From: Chiloscyllium plagiosum
Taxonomy: Eukaryota
DNA: 64,000 nucleotides
Assembly (NCBI RefSeq): GCF_004010195.1
Contig: NC_057751.1
Location: 8,298,404-8,362,403 of the forward strand
Reading direction: 5' to 3'
Shown here: piece by piece, positions 37,461 through 50,280 of the stretch
Position numbering within the stretch: the first letter of the stretch is position 1
Layout: each line of letters opens with the position of its first letter
The notes under the pieces: generated by a model
The model's input: the letters and a program-made list of their open reading frames with translations, nothing else
The model's database searches: none
What the model was told of the DNA's origin: nothing
Translations under genes and position numbers: made by a program

Positions 37461-38471
37461 TCAACCTGAAGACATTACTTCTCACCTCAGTTCCAAGTGA
37501 ATTGCACAAAGCCACTCAAGAGCATTGTGCCTGTAACAACTCATTGACAGAGCTTTCCAATTCAGTTGATTCCCATGTCCTTCACTTATTTGTCCGCACA
37601 TGTTTTCTTTACAAAGAACTGTGCAACTTCTTTCTCAAAGGCACCACTGTACATTCCAGACCATTACAACTCAGAGCGCAAAACAATTTCTTGTCATTTT
37701 CTTCATGGCTTTTCTGCCAATTATCTTATATCTTTATCGTCCAGCTACTGAGCCTCCTGTCACTGGGAACATTTTCTCCCAATCTATCCCATACATAGAC
37801 ATGAGGGTTAGTTAATTGAATGAGTCAATTAGACATGGTCAATAACTCTTGTGGCATTGTTTATGGGTTTTATCTGGTCGCGAGTGTGGCTGTGGCATTC
37901 AGTAAATAACGTGACCTGTTTGTATCTTTCAGGTCACTGCCCTGAATCATTCAATCCCATAAATTGCAGAGTAAAATTATGCCAATGTTAACAACTTGGC
38001 AATTTTCAGTTCCAAATCCAAAACTGGCTTCCTCATTTAAACAAAATCACAAAATTGTTTTGGAATGGGCATCAGAGCATGATACGGCACAGCAAGAGTC
38101 CACACAAAACAGCTTGGCTTGTGGTGTCATCCAATTCCACCCGCTGTGTTCCCTCAACCCCAGTAATTTGTATTTCTGGCTCAGCTCAGAATGAATTGTG
38201 TGGTCTGAACCACGACTGGGTCTCCACTGTGTCTGTTTCTCCAAGCAGTATCACAGTGGAGGTGTAGATGAGGCTGAGCATGAAGGAAGTACTGGAGGGA
38301 AGTGAGTGCTGGAGAGTTCATTTTCTTGTTTTGCGAGGGATGGTGGCATGTTTTAAAGAAGAAAGCTGACAGGGCTGGGTGTCTGATAAGGGACATAGGT
38401 CATTTGGGCTTGTCATGGTGGAGCAGCTGAATGGAATGGAGCTTTGGATGTAATGCAGAAATATGATCTTT

Positions 38472-38912
38472 GATGGCACTATGGCTCAGTGGTTAGCACA
38501 GCTGCCTCACAGCACCAGGGACCTGGGTTCGATTCCAACCTCGGGTGGCTGTCTGCCTCCGTGGAGTTTGAACATTTTCCCCGGGTTTGCGTGGGCTTCC
38601 TCTGGGTGTTCTGGTTTCCTCCCACAGTCCAAAGATGTGCAGGTCAGGTGGAATGGCCATGGGAAATTGCCTCGTGGTGTCCATGAATCTGCAGGCTAGG
38701 TTGGTTAGCTACAGTAAATGTGGGGTTACACGGATCGGGTAGGGGACTGGGTCTAAATGGGATGTTCTTTGGAGGTTTGGTGTCAACCAGATGTGCAGGC
38801 TCAGTGGATTAGCCATAGTATACGCAGAGTTATGGGGACAGGGTGGGTGTGGGTGGGACGCTGTTTGGCAGGTCAGTGCAGACTCGACGGGCCAAATGGC
38901 CTCTATCTGTAC
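38472..38912 (+). mobile_element. HE1/V-SINE (long variant)
   Basis: TGGCTCAGTGGTTAGCACAGCTGCCTCACAGC..GGGTTCGATTCC..V-domain; duplicated 3' segment. Confidence 0.8.
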
Positions 38913-39904
38913 AATAGGGGTTCTAAATGTGAATCCCAGGGAGATTCTCCATATCAATGCAGAATTGTGGAGGAATCTTATGAAGGAAAGAAAGAAAGGA
39001 GTTTGAAGACAGGCTGGTGTGGCCTGGTGAGTCAGTGCATTCAGTGAGGAACAAGAATGACAAATGATTTGAGTTGTCATGTTTTATTCTCTGATACCCG
39101 CACCTGCAGGCAGACAAGCATTCACTTGACACAACTTGGAGGTGTATCACAGCACTAAATCTTAATAAAGATGTCACAGGTTATTCTGATGTCTCGTCAG
39201 TACAGTCCAAGGTTATCAGTTGTGATATGACTTCATGCACAGTTTTGTTTTCAGCGCAGCCCGTGGCAACAGACTTACAAACTTTATCATCTCCATGCAA
39301 CCCTTTTGCCAACAGAATTATCACAACTGCGTAGCACGCTCTGTACAGCTTATCAAAACGGGGAAGAGTTAAAAATGAGGACGGTAACAGTAGATCCAAG
39401 CCAGTCACACCACACACGCGAAACCACAATACTTTCACGGTTAACCTTTTTGTACTGACAGAGATAGGAGTGTGTTGAAAGGGCATCACAATCAATGACA
39501 AGACCTGAATGACATTATCCTGCATGATTTAAACAGTTGGCTTCAGTTTGTTTCATACATAGTCAATTTTAGCTTAAAAGCAATCTTCCCTCAATCATTG
39601 CCACTTGCCTCTGAGCACGTCAGTAAAATTATGGGTGTGCGATTGCAAAGTGGGGTTGCGTTTGGAGGCTGCGGCAAAAACAAGTTGAGGATTGCAGCAA
39701 TTTTATTTCCCTCCCCAACTCTGCTGGTGTGTCTTAATGCCTCTGCATGCAATTCCCCTGTTGATTGATTGAGCACAAGGTTGCTTCCTGATTTCTGGCA
39801 ACTGTTCTCTTCTGATTCACATGACTGACCAGCCATCAAATGACCAGGTCACATTCATCCACTCTTCGCATCTTGCCAGGTGGAAACTAAGGTCTCCGAC
39901 TGAG

Positions 39905-40650
39905 ACACAGAAATGTACAGCACGAAAACAAACCCTTCAGCCCAACTCGTCCATGCCAACCAGATATCTTAAATTAATCCTGTCCCATTTGCCAGCATTT
40001 GACCCATACCACTCTAAACCCTTCCTGTTCATACACCCATCCAGATGCCTTTTAAATGTTGCAATTGTACTAGCCTCCACCCACTTCCTCTGGCAGCTCA
40101 ATCCATACACGCACCACCCTCTGGGGAAAACGTTGCCCCTTTTAGGTCCCACTTATATCTTTCCCCTCCCACCTGAAACTGATGCTCTCTTGTTTTGGGC
40201 TCCCCTACTCTGGGAAAAAGACCTTGGCTATTCACCATATTCATGATTTTGTAAACCTCCACAAGGTCAGCCATCATTCTCCGACGCTGCAGGGAGCCCA
40301 GAACTAGAGGGCATAGGTTTAAGATGAGAGGGGAAAGATATAAAAGATACCTAAGGGGCATCTTTTTCACGCAGAGGGTGGTGCATGTGTGGAATGAGCT
40401 GCCAGAGGAATTGGTGGAGACGAGTACAATTGCAACATTTAAAAGGCATCTGGATGGGTATGTGAATAGGAAGGGTTTGGAGGGATATGAGCCATGTGCT
40501 GGCAAGTGGGACAAGATTTGGTTGGGGTATGTGGTCTGCATGGATAAGTTGGATGGAAGAGTCTGTTTCCGTTCTGTACATCTCTTTGACTCTCTCCTCT
40601 ATGACAACAGCCCCAGACTATTCAGTCTCTCCCTGTAGCTCAAACCCTTC
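39905..40650. mobile_element. Minus-strand CR1 3' end with a plus-strand CR1 3' end (about 40296-40600) inserted into it
   Basis: Mirror ORFs 39937-40152 (-) and 40324-40638 (+); minus copy resumes at ACAGCCCCAGACTATTCAG. Confidence 0.8.
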
Positions 40651-41527
40651 ACTACTGATGACATTTCAAGGACAAAGCTGCCTGCAAAGCACTTTAGGAA
40701 ATCATGAAAGGCCCATTAGAAACGCAAGACCTATGTTTCACCTCCTCACCAACTACTGTGAGATTGTGGAAGAGATTCCTTCCCTAATTTCTATTGTGTT
40801 AACTGAGTGCAACTGGGGGGACAATTGGTTGTTCTGAGATGCAAAGGGAGCTTAGGATAAGTTTGAGGTTGGGGGCGAGGGGGCAGGGAGAGAGTGCTGG
40901 AAGTTGGGTCAGGGGATGGTCAGTGCTATGCTAATTGTCAAAGTTAAGTGGTTTGTTTTCTCTAACCTTGTCTAACATTGGCTATGTAACATGCTCTATG
41001 CATATACGACATGAGGATTTGGCTTCATATCATAACTCTGGTCTTTTTGCTCTCTTGGCTTGTGGGTTTGTTGCTCAGCTAGAAATAATGAACAGTTTGA
41101 TGCTTTATAGTTTCTGCTCTAAGCTTATAATTGAGTGGACTACACTGCTCCATGTCTTTAGAGACGCAAGACTGATGACTGGTGTGTATTTCCTTGTCAC
41201 AATATGAAACTGGAGTGTCACATCAGATGTGAGATAAGGAGATGGGACAATGGGACTTCGTGACATGCTTAATGATAAACAGTCTAATCATCTGTAGCAA
41301 TGATACCTCAGTGAAAGGTACATCCCCAGATGAAGAAGTATTGTATCCCTTTGGCTCTGCACACTGACTGCTGGGAGCTGGTGTGAGAAACATGCACTGA
41401 ACTCACAAAATGCTTCAACCCAAAGATGCGTGTCAGATTCCATTGTTCTTACACCCATCTGCACCTTTTATTTTGTTTGAAAGTGAAATCATGGGGTCTC
41501 CTCTTCTTCATCAAAAGTAAATTTTAT

Positions 41528-41655
41528 AGAGGGTCACTGGACCCGAAACATTAAACTCTGCCTTGCTTTCTCTCCACAGATGCTGCCAGACCTGCTGAGT
41601 TTCTCAATCAATATCTGTTTTTGTTTCAGATTTCCAGCACCTGCAGTTCTTTATT
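41528..41655 (+). mobile_element. Family B PLE/hammerhead element
   Basis: GGGTCACTGGACCCGAAACATTAAAC..GATGCTGCCAGACCTGCTGAG. Confidence 0.75.
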
Positions 41656-42452
41656 CAAGTTTTGTTGCTTGGTGTTATTTCATAACAGATCCCCTTAAAG
41701 CCTGGAAAATTCCCATTCACCTTCTCCCAGGCACATTTGTTACGAAGCCTGTTGCTGGCATCAATCCATCCACAAGAAATAGGGGACAATTGATGGAGGT
41801 TATACTTTCCTCCTTCACTGCTGCTTGTGAAGGTCAGTTCTTGAGAGGCGGGTGCTGCACGTGAATCTTCCACCTGATATTGGGTGCTCTTGCTTAGGAG
41901 GTCAGCACTTGGAGCCAGACTTGTTGAAATCTACACAGTCTGCGCAGGTTAAAACCAGACCATTCGTCACAACCTACTCCCTCTTGATGCTTGCCCTCCA
42001 TTCCAGCCATCTCTCAGCCCTCCTCATTTCACTTCTAGTCATAAACCTACACCTTCTCCCCCATGTACTGATCCAGCCCTGCCTGAAACATAACAGTGTT
42101 AATTCAATCCTATTGTTTCTGGAGGTTCCACGTTCTCACCACCACATATCTGTATGAAGAAACTGCTCCTGCTTTCCTGATTTTGTGGTGGCTAATTTAG
42201 ATGAACAGACCCTAGTTTTGATCTTTTCCATAAATGGAGACATGGTTTTTTTTCTCTCTCTCTCTCTACTTTATCTAGTTCTTTCATCACTTGAATATGC
42301 ATCAATTATTCAGGAACAGAAAGCAGACAAGTGGAACCCCAGGTTAATATTCTGAAGACACGGTCTTGAATCTCACCTTGCCAGACGGTCAAATGTGAAT
42401 TGAATAAAAATCTGGCGTAATGGCAGCCAGATCAGCCAGAGCAGTTCTGGAT

Positions 42453-42586
42453 CCATTCCTGATGAAGGGCTTTTGCCCGAAACATCAATTTCAAAGCTCC
42501 TTGGATGCTGCCTGAACTGCTGTGCTCTTCCAGCACCACTAATCCAGAATCTGGTTTCCAGCATCTGCAGTCATTGTTTTTACCTC
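42453..42586 (+). mobile_element. Family A PLE/hammerhead element inside SINE fragments
   Basis: CATTCCTGATGAAGGGCTTTTGCCCGAAACATC. Confidence 0.8.
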
Positions 42587-44261
42587 CCTGGATTAATAGT
42601 CCACCAGTAACACCATGATGTCGTCGCCTTCCCTTAGATTGTTGTAAAAACCCATCCAATGCACTAAAGTCCTTCAGGACAGGAAATCTATCGTCCTTGC
42701 CTGGTCCGGTCGACTTGTGACTCCAGACCCACAGCTGCGTGGTTGACTCTTATCCATTCTCTGGGGCAATGAATGCTGGGTTAAACCACGAAAGATAAAC
42801 CTGATGGACTTCTCTTCCCAATGAAAAGAGACCCAGTTTGCTTTCCTGTACAGGATTACCTGCAGATGAGCTTATCTGGAGTCTGAACAGAAACCATTGA
42901 AGCATACAGTCATTTGTTGTATGAAACTGAGGAACAGGTCAATATTCAATGGGACATTGCCAGAACTATGGTACAAGTTTCTCCCCCTCAGACTTTCAGC
43001 ACTCCTTGTTATCTCCTGTTTCTCTCCACTCTTCATCATTCCACTGTTTCGCATTGTGGGGAATTGACAATGGGTGGGAAGGGAAAGAGGCCAGTCATTG
43101 TCAGTTCACATCGCTGGAAACCTGTGGGTCAGTATGAGCTTCTTGGTGAGCTGCACCCTCAGTGCTGCAAAGTGCAAGGAGTGTGTGGGGAATTGAAATA
43201 AAGGTTTATCATTACAAAAATAAATCCTTTGTTCCTTTCTCCGCCCATGTAATTGCAGGCCAAGGAGCAGGAAGCATAGCAGAAAGCAGCCATCATCAAG
43301 CATGCAATTTCAGTTCTGCTAGCTTCTCTGTCTGTGAACTTTGCAGCTGAGCTTTCTACTGCACAAGGTTTCTTAGGCATAATACCTCTGCCTCGCAATA
43401 GCAACCTGCAATCGATCACTCACAATGAGAGAGTTCGGCTTTGACCCACTTATCCAGGCTTCTTACAAATTGGATGTAGAAACATTCCATATTTCCTGTG
43501 CATCAGCCCTGATAGAAAATGCAGATACTCTCCCCTGACTCAGCTAGCGTTGTGTACACATGCACAAAAATGGACTATTATGTACATAGTATGGAAAATG
43601 CAGTAGTCGTGGCTCAGATTGGTACAAGTCAGTGATCCATTCACAGAGTGAATAATGTGCAGCAGAAAGGAAATGGTCCAGGTCAGAACAAAGTGGTGTG
43701 ATTTCATAATGATAATATTTGTCGCGTAAATGCAGCAGCAGTTTCACCTTATGCTAACAGTCAGGGTGCATAAAGGGGTACAATGCAGTTATATATTTGT
43801 AGATGAGTTCAAAGAACACAACAGAATGGAAGTCATGCACAGTGACTGAAAACCAGGCTGTCCAAAAACAGGAGCTGTCAAAATGCAGGGACTTGTTCCA
43901 AATTGCCATGAATCAGTGTCAGAGATGGATATCCTTTGGGGTTACCATGAAAGTCCAGTACAGTAGTGGGGTGTCAGCTAAGATCTTGGGGTCAAAGTGC
44001 CTTGAGTGGTAAATGAACCCACAATTTAATGGCTTCAGAGAGATCTACAGCTGCATTTGATGTAGATCTGTTCCACTGATGAACGTAATGTTTGGTGTGT
44101 GAATGGATTAATGTGAGCATGTAAATAAAATTATGCACCTCATCATCATGCAGTGATGTAGGATCATGTGAAGAGTGGAGGACGATTCTATCAGAGTTGA
44201 TTTGCACATGGGTTATGCATTCCACATTTCAACAAAAAGGTCCCAATTTGGGTGCAAATTT

Positions 44262-44831
44262 GGGTGTACAAAGTTAAAAATCACACAACACTAGGGTATT
44301 GTCCAGCAGGTTTATTTGGAAGCACTAGCTTTTGGAGTGCCTCTCCTTCATCAGGTGATTCTGAAGTATAAGATTGTAAGACACAGAATTTATCGCAAAT
44401 GTTTACAGTGTGATGCAACTAAAATTACATGCTGATAAAGACCTGGATTGTTTGTTAAGTCTCTCATCTTTTTGAATGACCATGTTGGTTTCAGTTCTTT
44501 CATATGTAAATGACACTTTTTAAGTGAACTTTAACATGACACCATATTGTTAAAGTGCACTTGCGAATGTAACTTTTTAAAAAAGTTCTGGGATTTACAT
44601 ATTAAAGAACTGAAACCAGACATGGTCATTCGAAAAGATGAGAGATGTAACAAACAATCTAGGTCTTTTTCAATATAGAATTTCAGTTGTATCACATTGT
44701 AGATGTTTGCTATAAATTCTGGTCTTATTATCTTATAGTTCACAATCACCTGATGAAGAAACAGCGCTCCTAAAGCTAGTGCTTCCAAATAAACCTGTTG
44801 GACTATAACCTGGTGTTGTGCGATTTTTAAC
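44262..44831. mobile_element. Family C long inverted dimer (about 570-bp palindrome)
   Basis: Two ~270-bp arms in opposite orientation with apex AAGTGAACTTTAACA..TGTTAAAGTGCACTT near 44541; each arm has CACCTGATGAAG..AAAGCTAGTG. Confidence 0.85.
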
Positions 44832-46119
44832 GTTATATTTGATCCCACATCCTACAATATTGGCCCACATCTCTCACCAACCCAATAATACTTTCTCTCA
44901 GTCTCTGCCCTCAGATTTCTACGAACTCAGCCACAGACATTCTTGGTTTTAGCTTGGACACAAGTAATCAACTGTGGGTGGTTGTTGCATTGCATTTACT
45001 TCTTATAATCTACCAGCAGAGCCTCGAATACAGGTCTTTGATCAATTATTCAAGTACAGGGAACATATTTGAGGGCTAATCCAAATAACTTTGAGGAACA
45101 CAGGAAAAGGCGGGATCTTGTCCAAAGGTTGCTCTCATTATCCAAATTCCAACCTTACTTCATTAAAAAAAGGAAACAATATCTATTCTAGGTCATAGGC
45201 TTATACTATCATTGTGTTTTCTGTCACCCAGTCAGGGGACAATTAATCTTATCATAGATGTTCTTGCTGCTTTGTCATTTCCCCTGTCAGTGCCTGGCAC
45301 CTCCTGTCTGTCAAACTCTCTGCAAGATCTGTCAAGAGCATTTTGATCGCGCTAACTATTGTTGATAGATTCCTGCTGGCACCATCCTCTTGGAATCATA
45401 AGGTTCAGCTCATACAAGGTCCTTGAATTGAAGCCTGCTCTTCATGTTTTCCCTATTTAACCCTTAGTCTAAATCACTCAGATTGTTAATGTTGGCGTAC
45501 CAGTGGTGACAATAAGTCAAGAAAATCCAATGAAAAGGAGATGCCACAATCGCAAACAAAATTATTTCATTTTCAAGTTCGCTGGGGTGCCAGGTTGTTG
45601 CAAATTTTCAGTGCGTCGGGGACAGATGGAATCATCTGAAGAAATGGAAGTTAAGTAGGACTCAAACTTTCTTTCAAATTAAGTGGAACAGGTTGATTTC
45701 TGCAATGAAGCAGTTACGTTGCAGGGCAAGTTTGAGCAGGATGCCCATTGGAGTTTATGAATGTGAGGGGTTGACTAATCCAAATGGGGTTGACAGATTA
45801 GATACTGAAAGGAAGTTTCCTGTCTGGGGAAATTTGGATCAGGTGAGCCACAGTTTCAGGACAAGGGGTCTCCCATTTAAGAGGGAGATGCGGATAAATT
45901 TCTTCCGCGGACAATGAATCGTTTGAATTCTTAAGCCTGGATAGCAGAGGAAGCCGGGTTGTTGAATACAGAGATGTCTGTATTCAGATTTTGAATCTAC
46001 AAGGGCAAAGATTGATACAGAAGTGGAGTTAACATCACAATCGGGTCAGCTGTGATCTTAACAAATGGTGGTGCAGGCCAAGGGCTTAAATGACCAATTC
46101 TTGTTGTTATTGCTTGCAG

Positions 46120-46278
46120 TGTCGAGAGTGTGGTACGAGAAAAGCACCTTCATCAGGAACGGCTTATGCGCGATGGGTCGATTCTCCCGCTCCTCGGATG
46201 TTGCCTGACCTGCTGTGCTTTTCCAAAACCACACTCTCGATTCTGATCTCCAGCATCTGCAGTCCTCACTTTCTCCTC
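46120..46278. mobile_element. Family A inverted element
   Basis: 13-bp TSD TTATTGCTTGCAG at 46107-46119 and 46279-46291. Confidence 0.8.
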
Positions 46279-47502
46279 TTATTGCTTGCAGCTGTGGTAC
46301 TCAGTTCCAGGTTCCAAACCCAACCATAATGTTCCAACTCCTTCCCTGATCTCACTTGATTAGCTTTGTTTAAAATTCAGTCTGCTATTTTGATGTGTTC
46401 TCTGGGCTTGTCAATCATTTTAACTGTCACAACATGAACGCTGAGTCTAGGCTCTTATTGAAACCATGATTGACACAGCAACAAAATGTTATTGCAAATC
46501 TATCACAGATATTGGCGTTGCCTGGACTCAGGCTGGTTGAGTTTTCCCTTGGATTATCCAAGTGTAACAACAGATGTTCAAGATGGAGCTGATAGGTTTA
46601 TTGAAGAAAAGCAACAGATGTGATGTAGCATTGACATCACCACCGCAATCTCTAGAATTGGTCATCCTTGTCTGATTGGAGATACATGCGATATCCCAAC
46701 AACTTGTGAGGCACCTAACCACATTACTTTTGGCACAAGTTGACTGACGCTGGTCTAACATGGACCTGTTATCACACTGGGTGTGGCTTTTCATTGCGGG
46801 GACACAGCAGCAGTTACAGAGAAGTCTTCAACACACAAAACCCACCGAGAAAGCACCATTAAGTGCATCTCAAACCAGATTCGAAAGGAGATGTTTAACC
46901 TGTCTACTTGGATTTCACGAAAGCCTGTGATAATGTTCCACGTGGTAGACTAATTAGTAAAGTTAGATGACATGGCATTCAGGATGCTAATTGGATACAA
47001 AATTGGCTTTACGGCAGGAGACAGAGGGTGATGCTGGAGGGTTATTTTCGTACTGGAAGCCTGTGACCAATGATGTTCCGCAGTCATTGGTACTGGGTCC
47101 ACTTTTGTTTGTCATTTATACCTGTGATTTGGATGAGAATATAGGAGGCATACTTACTAGGTTTGGGGATGACACCAAAATTGGTGTTATAGCAGACAGT
47201 CGTTATAAAAGGTTACAAAGAGATCTTGATCAATTGGGTCTATGAGCTGAGGAGTGTTAGATAGATAAATGTGAGGTATTACAGTTTCAGAAAACAAACA
47301 ACGGCAGGACTGTTCAATTAATGGTCAGGCTCTGGGTAGCGAAGGAGAACAAAGGGACCTTGGGGTCCAGCACATCATTCTTTGAAATTTGTGTCATAAG
47401 GAGACAGGGTGGTGAAGAAACTGTTGAGCCTTCATTGATCAGATCTTTGAGTTGGGATGTCATGTTGGGGTTGGTAAGACCTCTTCTGGAGTATTGTGTG
47501 TG

Positions 47503-47808
47503 ATAAGATTAGAGTAGATTAGATTAGATTACTTTACAGAGTGGAAACAGGCCCTTTGGCCCAACAAGTCCACACCGACCCGCCGAAGCGCAAACCACCC
47601 ATACCACTACATTTACCCCTTACCTAACACTACGGACAATTTAGCATGGCCAATTCACCTGACCTGCACAGGTTTGGACTGTGGGAGGAAACCGGAGCAC
47701 CCGGAGAATGTGCAAACTCCACACAGTCAGTCGCCTGAGGCGGGAATTGAATCTGGGTCTCTGGCACTGTGAGGCAGCAGTGCTAACCACTGTGCCACCG
47801 TGCCGCCC
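47503..47808 (-). mobile_element. HE1/V-SINE
   Basis: Head, V-domain and (TTAGA)n tail. Confidence 0.9.
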
Positions 47809-47816
47809 ACAAAGTG

Positions 47817-47857
47817 TTAGGGTTAGGGTTAGGTTAGGGTTAAGGTTAAGGTTAGGG
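47817..47857 (+). repeat. Interstitial telomere-like repeat, about 7 units of TTAGGG
   Basis: TTAGGG TTAGGG TTAGG TTAGGG TTAAGG TTAAGG TTAGGG. Confidence 0.85.
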
Positions 47858-49344
47858 AGCCCTGTTATAGGAAAGATATTGTTAAACTGAAAAGATTTAC
47901 CAAGATGTTGTCGGGAATGGAGGGACTGAGTTATAAGAATAGGCTGGCTTAGCTGAGACATTATTAGTTGGAGTATAGGAGGCTGAGGGGTGACCTCACA
48001 GATGTTTATTAAATAATGAGGAGCATAGATCAGGTGTAGAGCAAAGGGCTTTTCCCGAAGGTGGAAAGGTTCAAGACGAGAGGCCATATTTTTAAGGTGA
48101 GAGGAGAAGATTTAAAACAGATGTGAAGGGCAATTTTTTTTTTTTAAAAAGACAGTCATTTTTGTGTGGAATGAATTGCCAGAGAAAGTGGTGGATGCAG
48201 GTAGAGTTTAAATGTTTAAAAGACATTTGGATAAGTCGATCAATAGGAAAGGTTTGCAGGGATATGGTCCAAATGCAGACAGGTTTGACCAGTTTAGTTT
48301 GGGGACGTGGTCGGCATGGATTGGCTGAACCAAAAGGGTTTGTTTCCATGCTGCATGATCCTATGAGAAAATTACTTGAAAATAAAATGAATATCTGTTA
48401 AAACAATCAAAAGATTTGCCAGGTTGAAGTGGCATAAATCCTTCCACTTGTGGAAGTGACCCTACCCAGGGTGCTTATAGACGAGGTGATCTCTCAAACA
48501 CACGAGGATTCTTTTTGGAGTAGGAGAATCTGATAGGGTGGCGTGAAGAGGAGGAGGAGAGGAGCTACCAATGGGGATATATTGCCTGTTCCCATGCTGC
48601 AGACCGACTGTACACAGCACATCACAAAACCTGCCTGATGAATGAGAAAAAAGAGGCTAAGGTAAAAATGCAGACTGCCTCAGTATGCCCCCAAAGTGTG
48701 ACGCTGCAAGGACAGCAGCCAATGTCAGGGAGCGTAACAGGTGAAATAAAAACTTTTAACCAACGGACCCTTCTGTCCAAGGCAAAACAAATTTTGCCAA
48801 TCTGTATTCAGCTCCTCATTCAATGCCAACAGAGAATAAATTGGTCGCGTCACCTGTGTCATTCTCCAGCAATAAAAATACTTTCACCTTGGGAAGAAAA
48901 AAACTTCACAAAAACAAACCTTTTCAATATCAGAATGGAGAGCTATCAATCCTGTCCAGTCGCAACTGAAGTAGTTCACAAAATCTTTCAAAATTTGGCT
49001 CGACCCATCAACACCACGCCAAAGCGCATCCTCTCCGGAAACAAGTAATTCAAAATGATTTATATGTTTTATCCACAGCTGCAGTGATACCAAAACAAGT
49101 GGAGCATTTCAAATTTTGCCTTGTTTGCAACACTTCTGACAGAAATCAGATTGAGACAACACAAGAGATCTGTGAACACTTCTTCCCTCTTGCATTAATC
49201 CCCTCAAGAAAGCATTTCAAATTGAAACATTTCTGCGTGAATAACAACCTGAAACCAAATTTACAAACTGAAAATAAAACTGCTGAGCCTCACAGGGCCG
49301 GTGCCTCTGGCTCTAAGACTGGACAGACTGGGTCAGTGAGTTTC

Positions 49345-49745
49345 TAGAGTATCAGAGGCTGGGGGGGTGACCTTATAGAGATTTGTAAAATCATGAGAGG
49401 CATGGATAGGGTAAATAGACAAGGTCTTTTCCCTGAGTGGGGGAGTGTCGAGCTAGAGGGAATAGTTTTAAGGTGACAGGGGCAAGATTTAAAAAGGACC
49501 TAAGGATCTAATTTTTTCACCAGAGGGTGGTGTGTGTGTGGAATGGGCTGCCAGAGGAAGTGATGGACGCTGGTCCAATTACAACATTTGAAAGACATCT
49601 GGATGGGTACATGAATAGGAAGAGTTTTAGAGGACATGGGTCAATTGCTGGCAAATGGGACGAGATTAGGTTAGGATATCTGATCGGCATGCATGAGTTG
49701 GACCGAAGGTTCTGTTTTCATGCTGTACATCTCCACAACTCTACG
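49345..49745 (+). mobile_element. CR1/HER1-type 3' end
   Basis: VCVWNGLPEEVMDAGPITTFERHLDGYMNRK. Confidence 0.85.
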
Positions 49746-49782
49746 TTCACTTCCATGTTCCATTTGTGTTGGAATTGGGGTG

Positions 49783-50280
49783 GGTTTCGCTCAGTTGGCT
49801 GGACAGCCCTTTTGCGATCCATGGTGACGGCAACAGCATGTGAAGGACTCTCCTTCTCAACCTCTTCCCCTCCCTGAGACGTGGTGACCCTCAGGTTCAA
49901 CAACCACCAACTGTCTCTCCCTCTCTCTTTCTTAGGGTGGCACGGTGGCTTAGGGGTTAGTACTACTGCCTTACAGCACCAAGGACCCGGGTTCAATTCC
50001 CGCTTCGGGCGACTGTCTGAGTGGAGTTTGCATATTCTCCCTGTGTCTGTGTGGGTTTCCTCCCACATTCCAAAAGATGTGCAGGTCAGGTGAATTGGTC
50101 ATACTAAATTGCCCATGGTGTTAGGTGCAGTAGGGAAATGGGTCTGGGTGGGTTAATCTTCAGAGGGCCAGTGTGGACTTGCTGGGCCGAAGTGCCTGTT
50201 TCCACACTGTAGGGAATCTAATCTAATCCCTCTAATGAGACAGCAGTCTTGTGGTGGAGTCAGACAACAGTGATTTTGGG
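49783..50280 (+). mobile_element. Second-family SINE split by HE1
   Basis: GCTCAGTTGGCTGGACAG..CCCTCAGGTTCAACAACCACC | HE1 | CTCTAATGAGACAGCAG. Confidence 0.65.
49935..50228 (+). mobile_element. HE1/V-SINE
   Basis: GGGTGGCACGGTGGC..GGGTTCAATTCCCG..AATCTAATCTAAT. Confidence 0.9.

Larger units (their letters stand above)
46880..48365 (+). mobile_element. CR1 RT and 3' fragment interrupted by HE1 and telomeric repeats
   Basis: WKPVTNDVPQSLVLGPLLFVIY..DLDENI..RFGDDTKIG (RT motifs); LVRPLLEYCV. Confidence 0.85.

Noticed and set aside
39255..39385. Possible exon after TTTTGTTTTCAG
   Set aside because: No frame gives a recognisable protein and the donor is weak
46991..47245. Active reverse transcriptase gene
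   Set aside because: All CR1 RT segments are fragmented by stops, frameshifts and insertions
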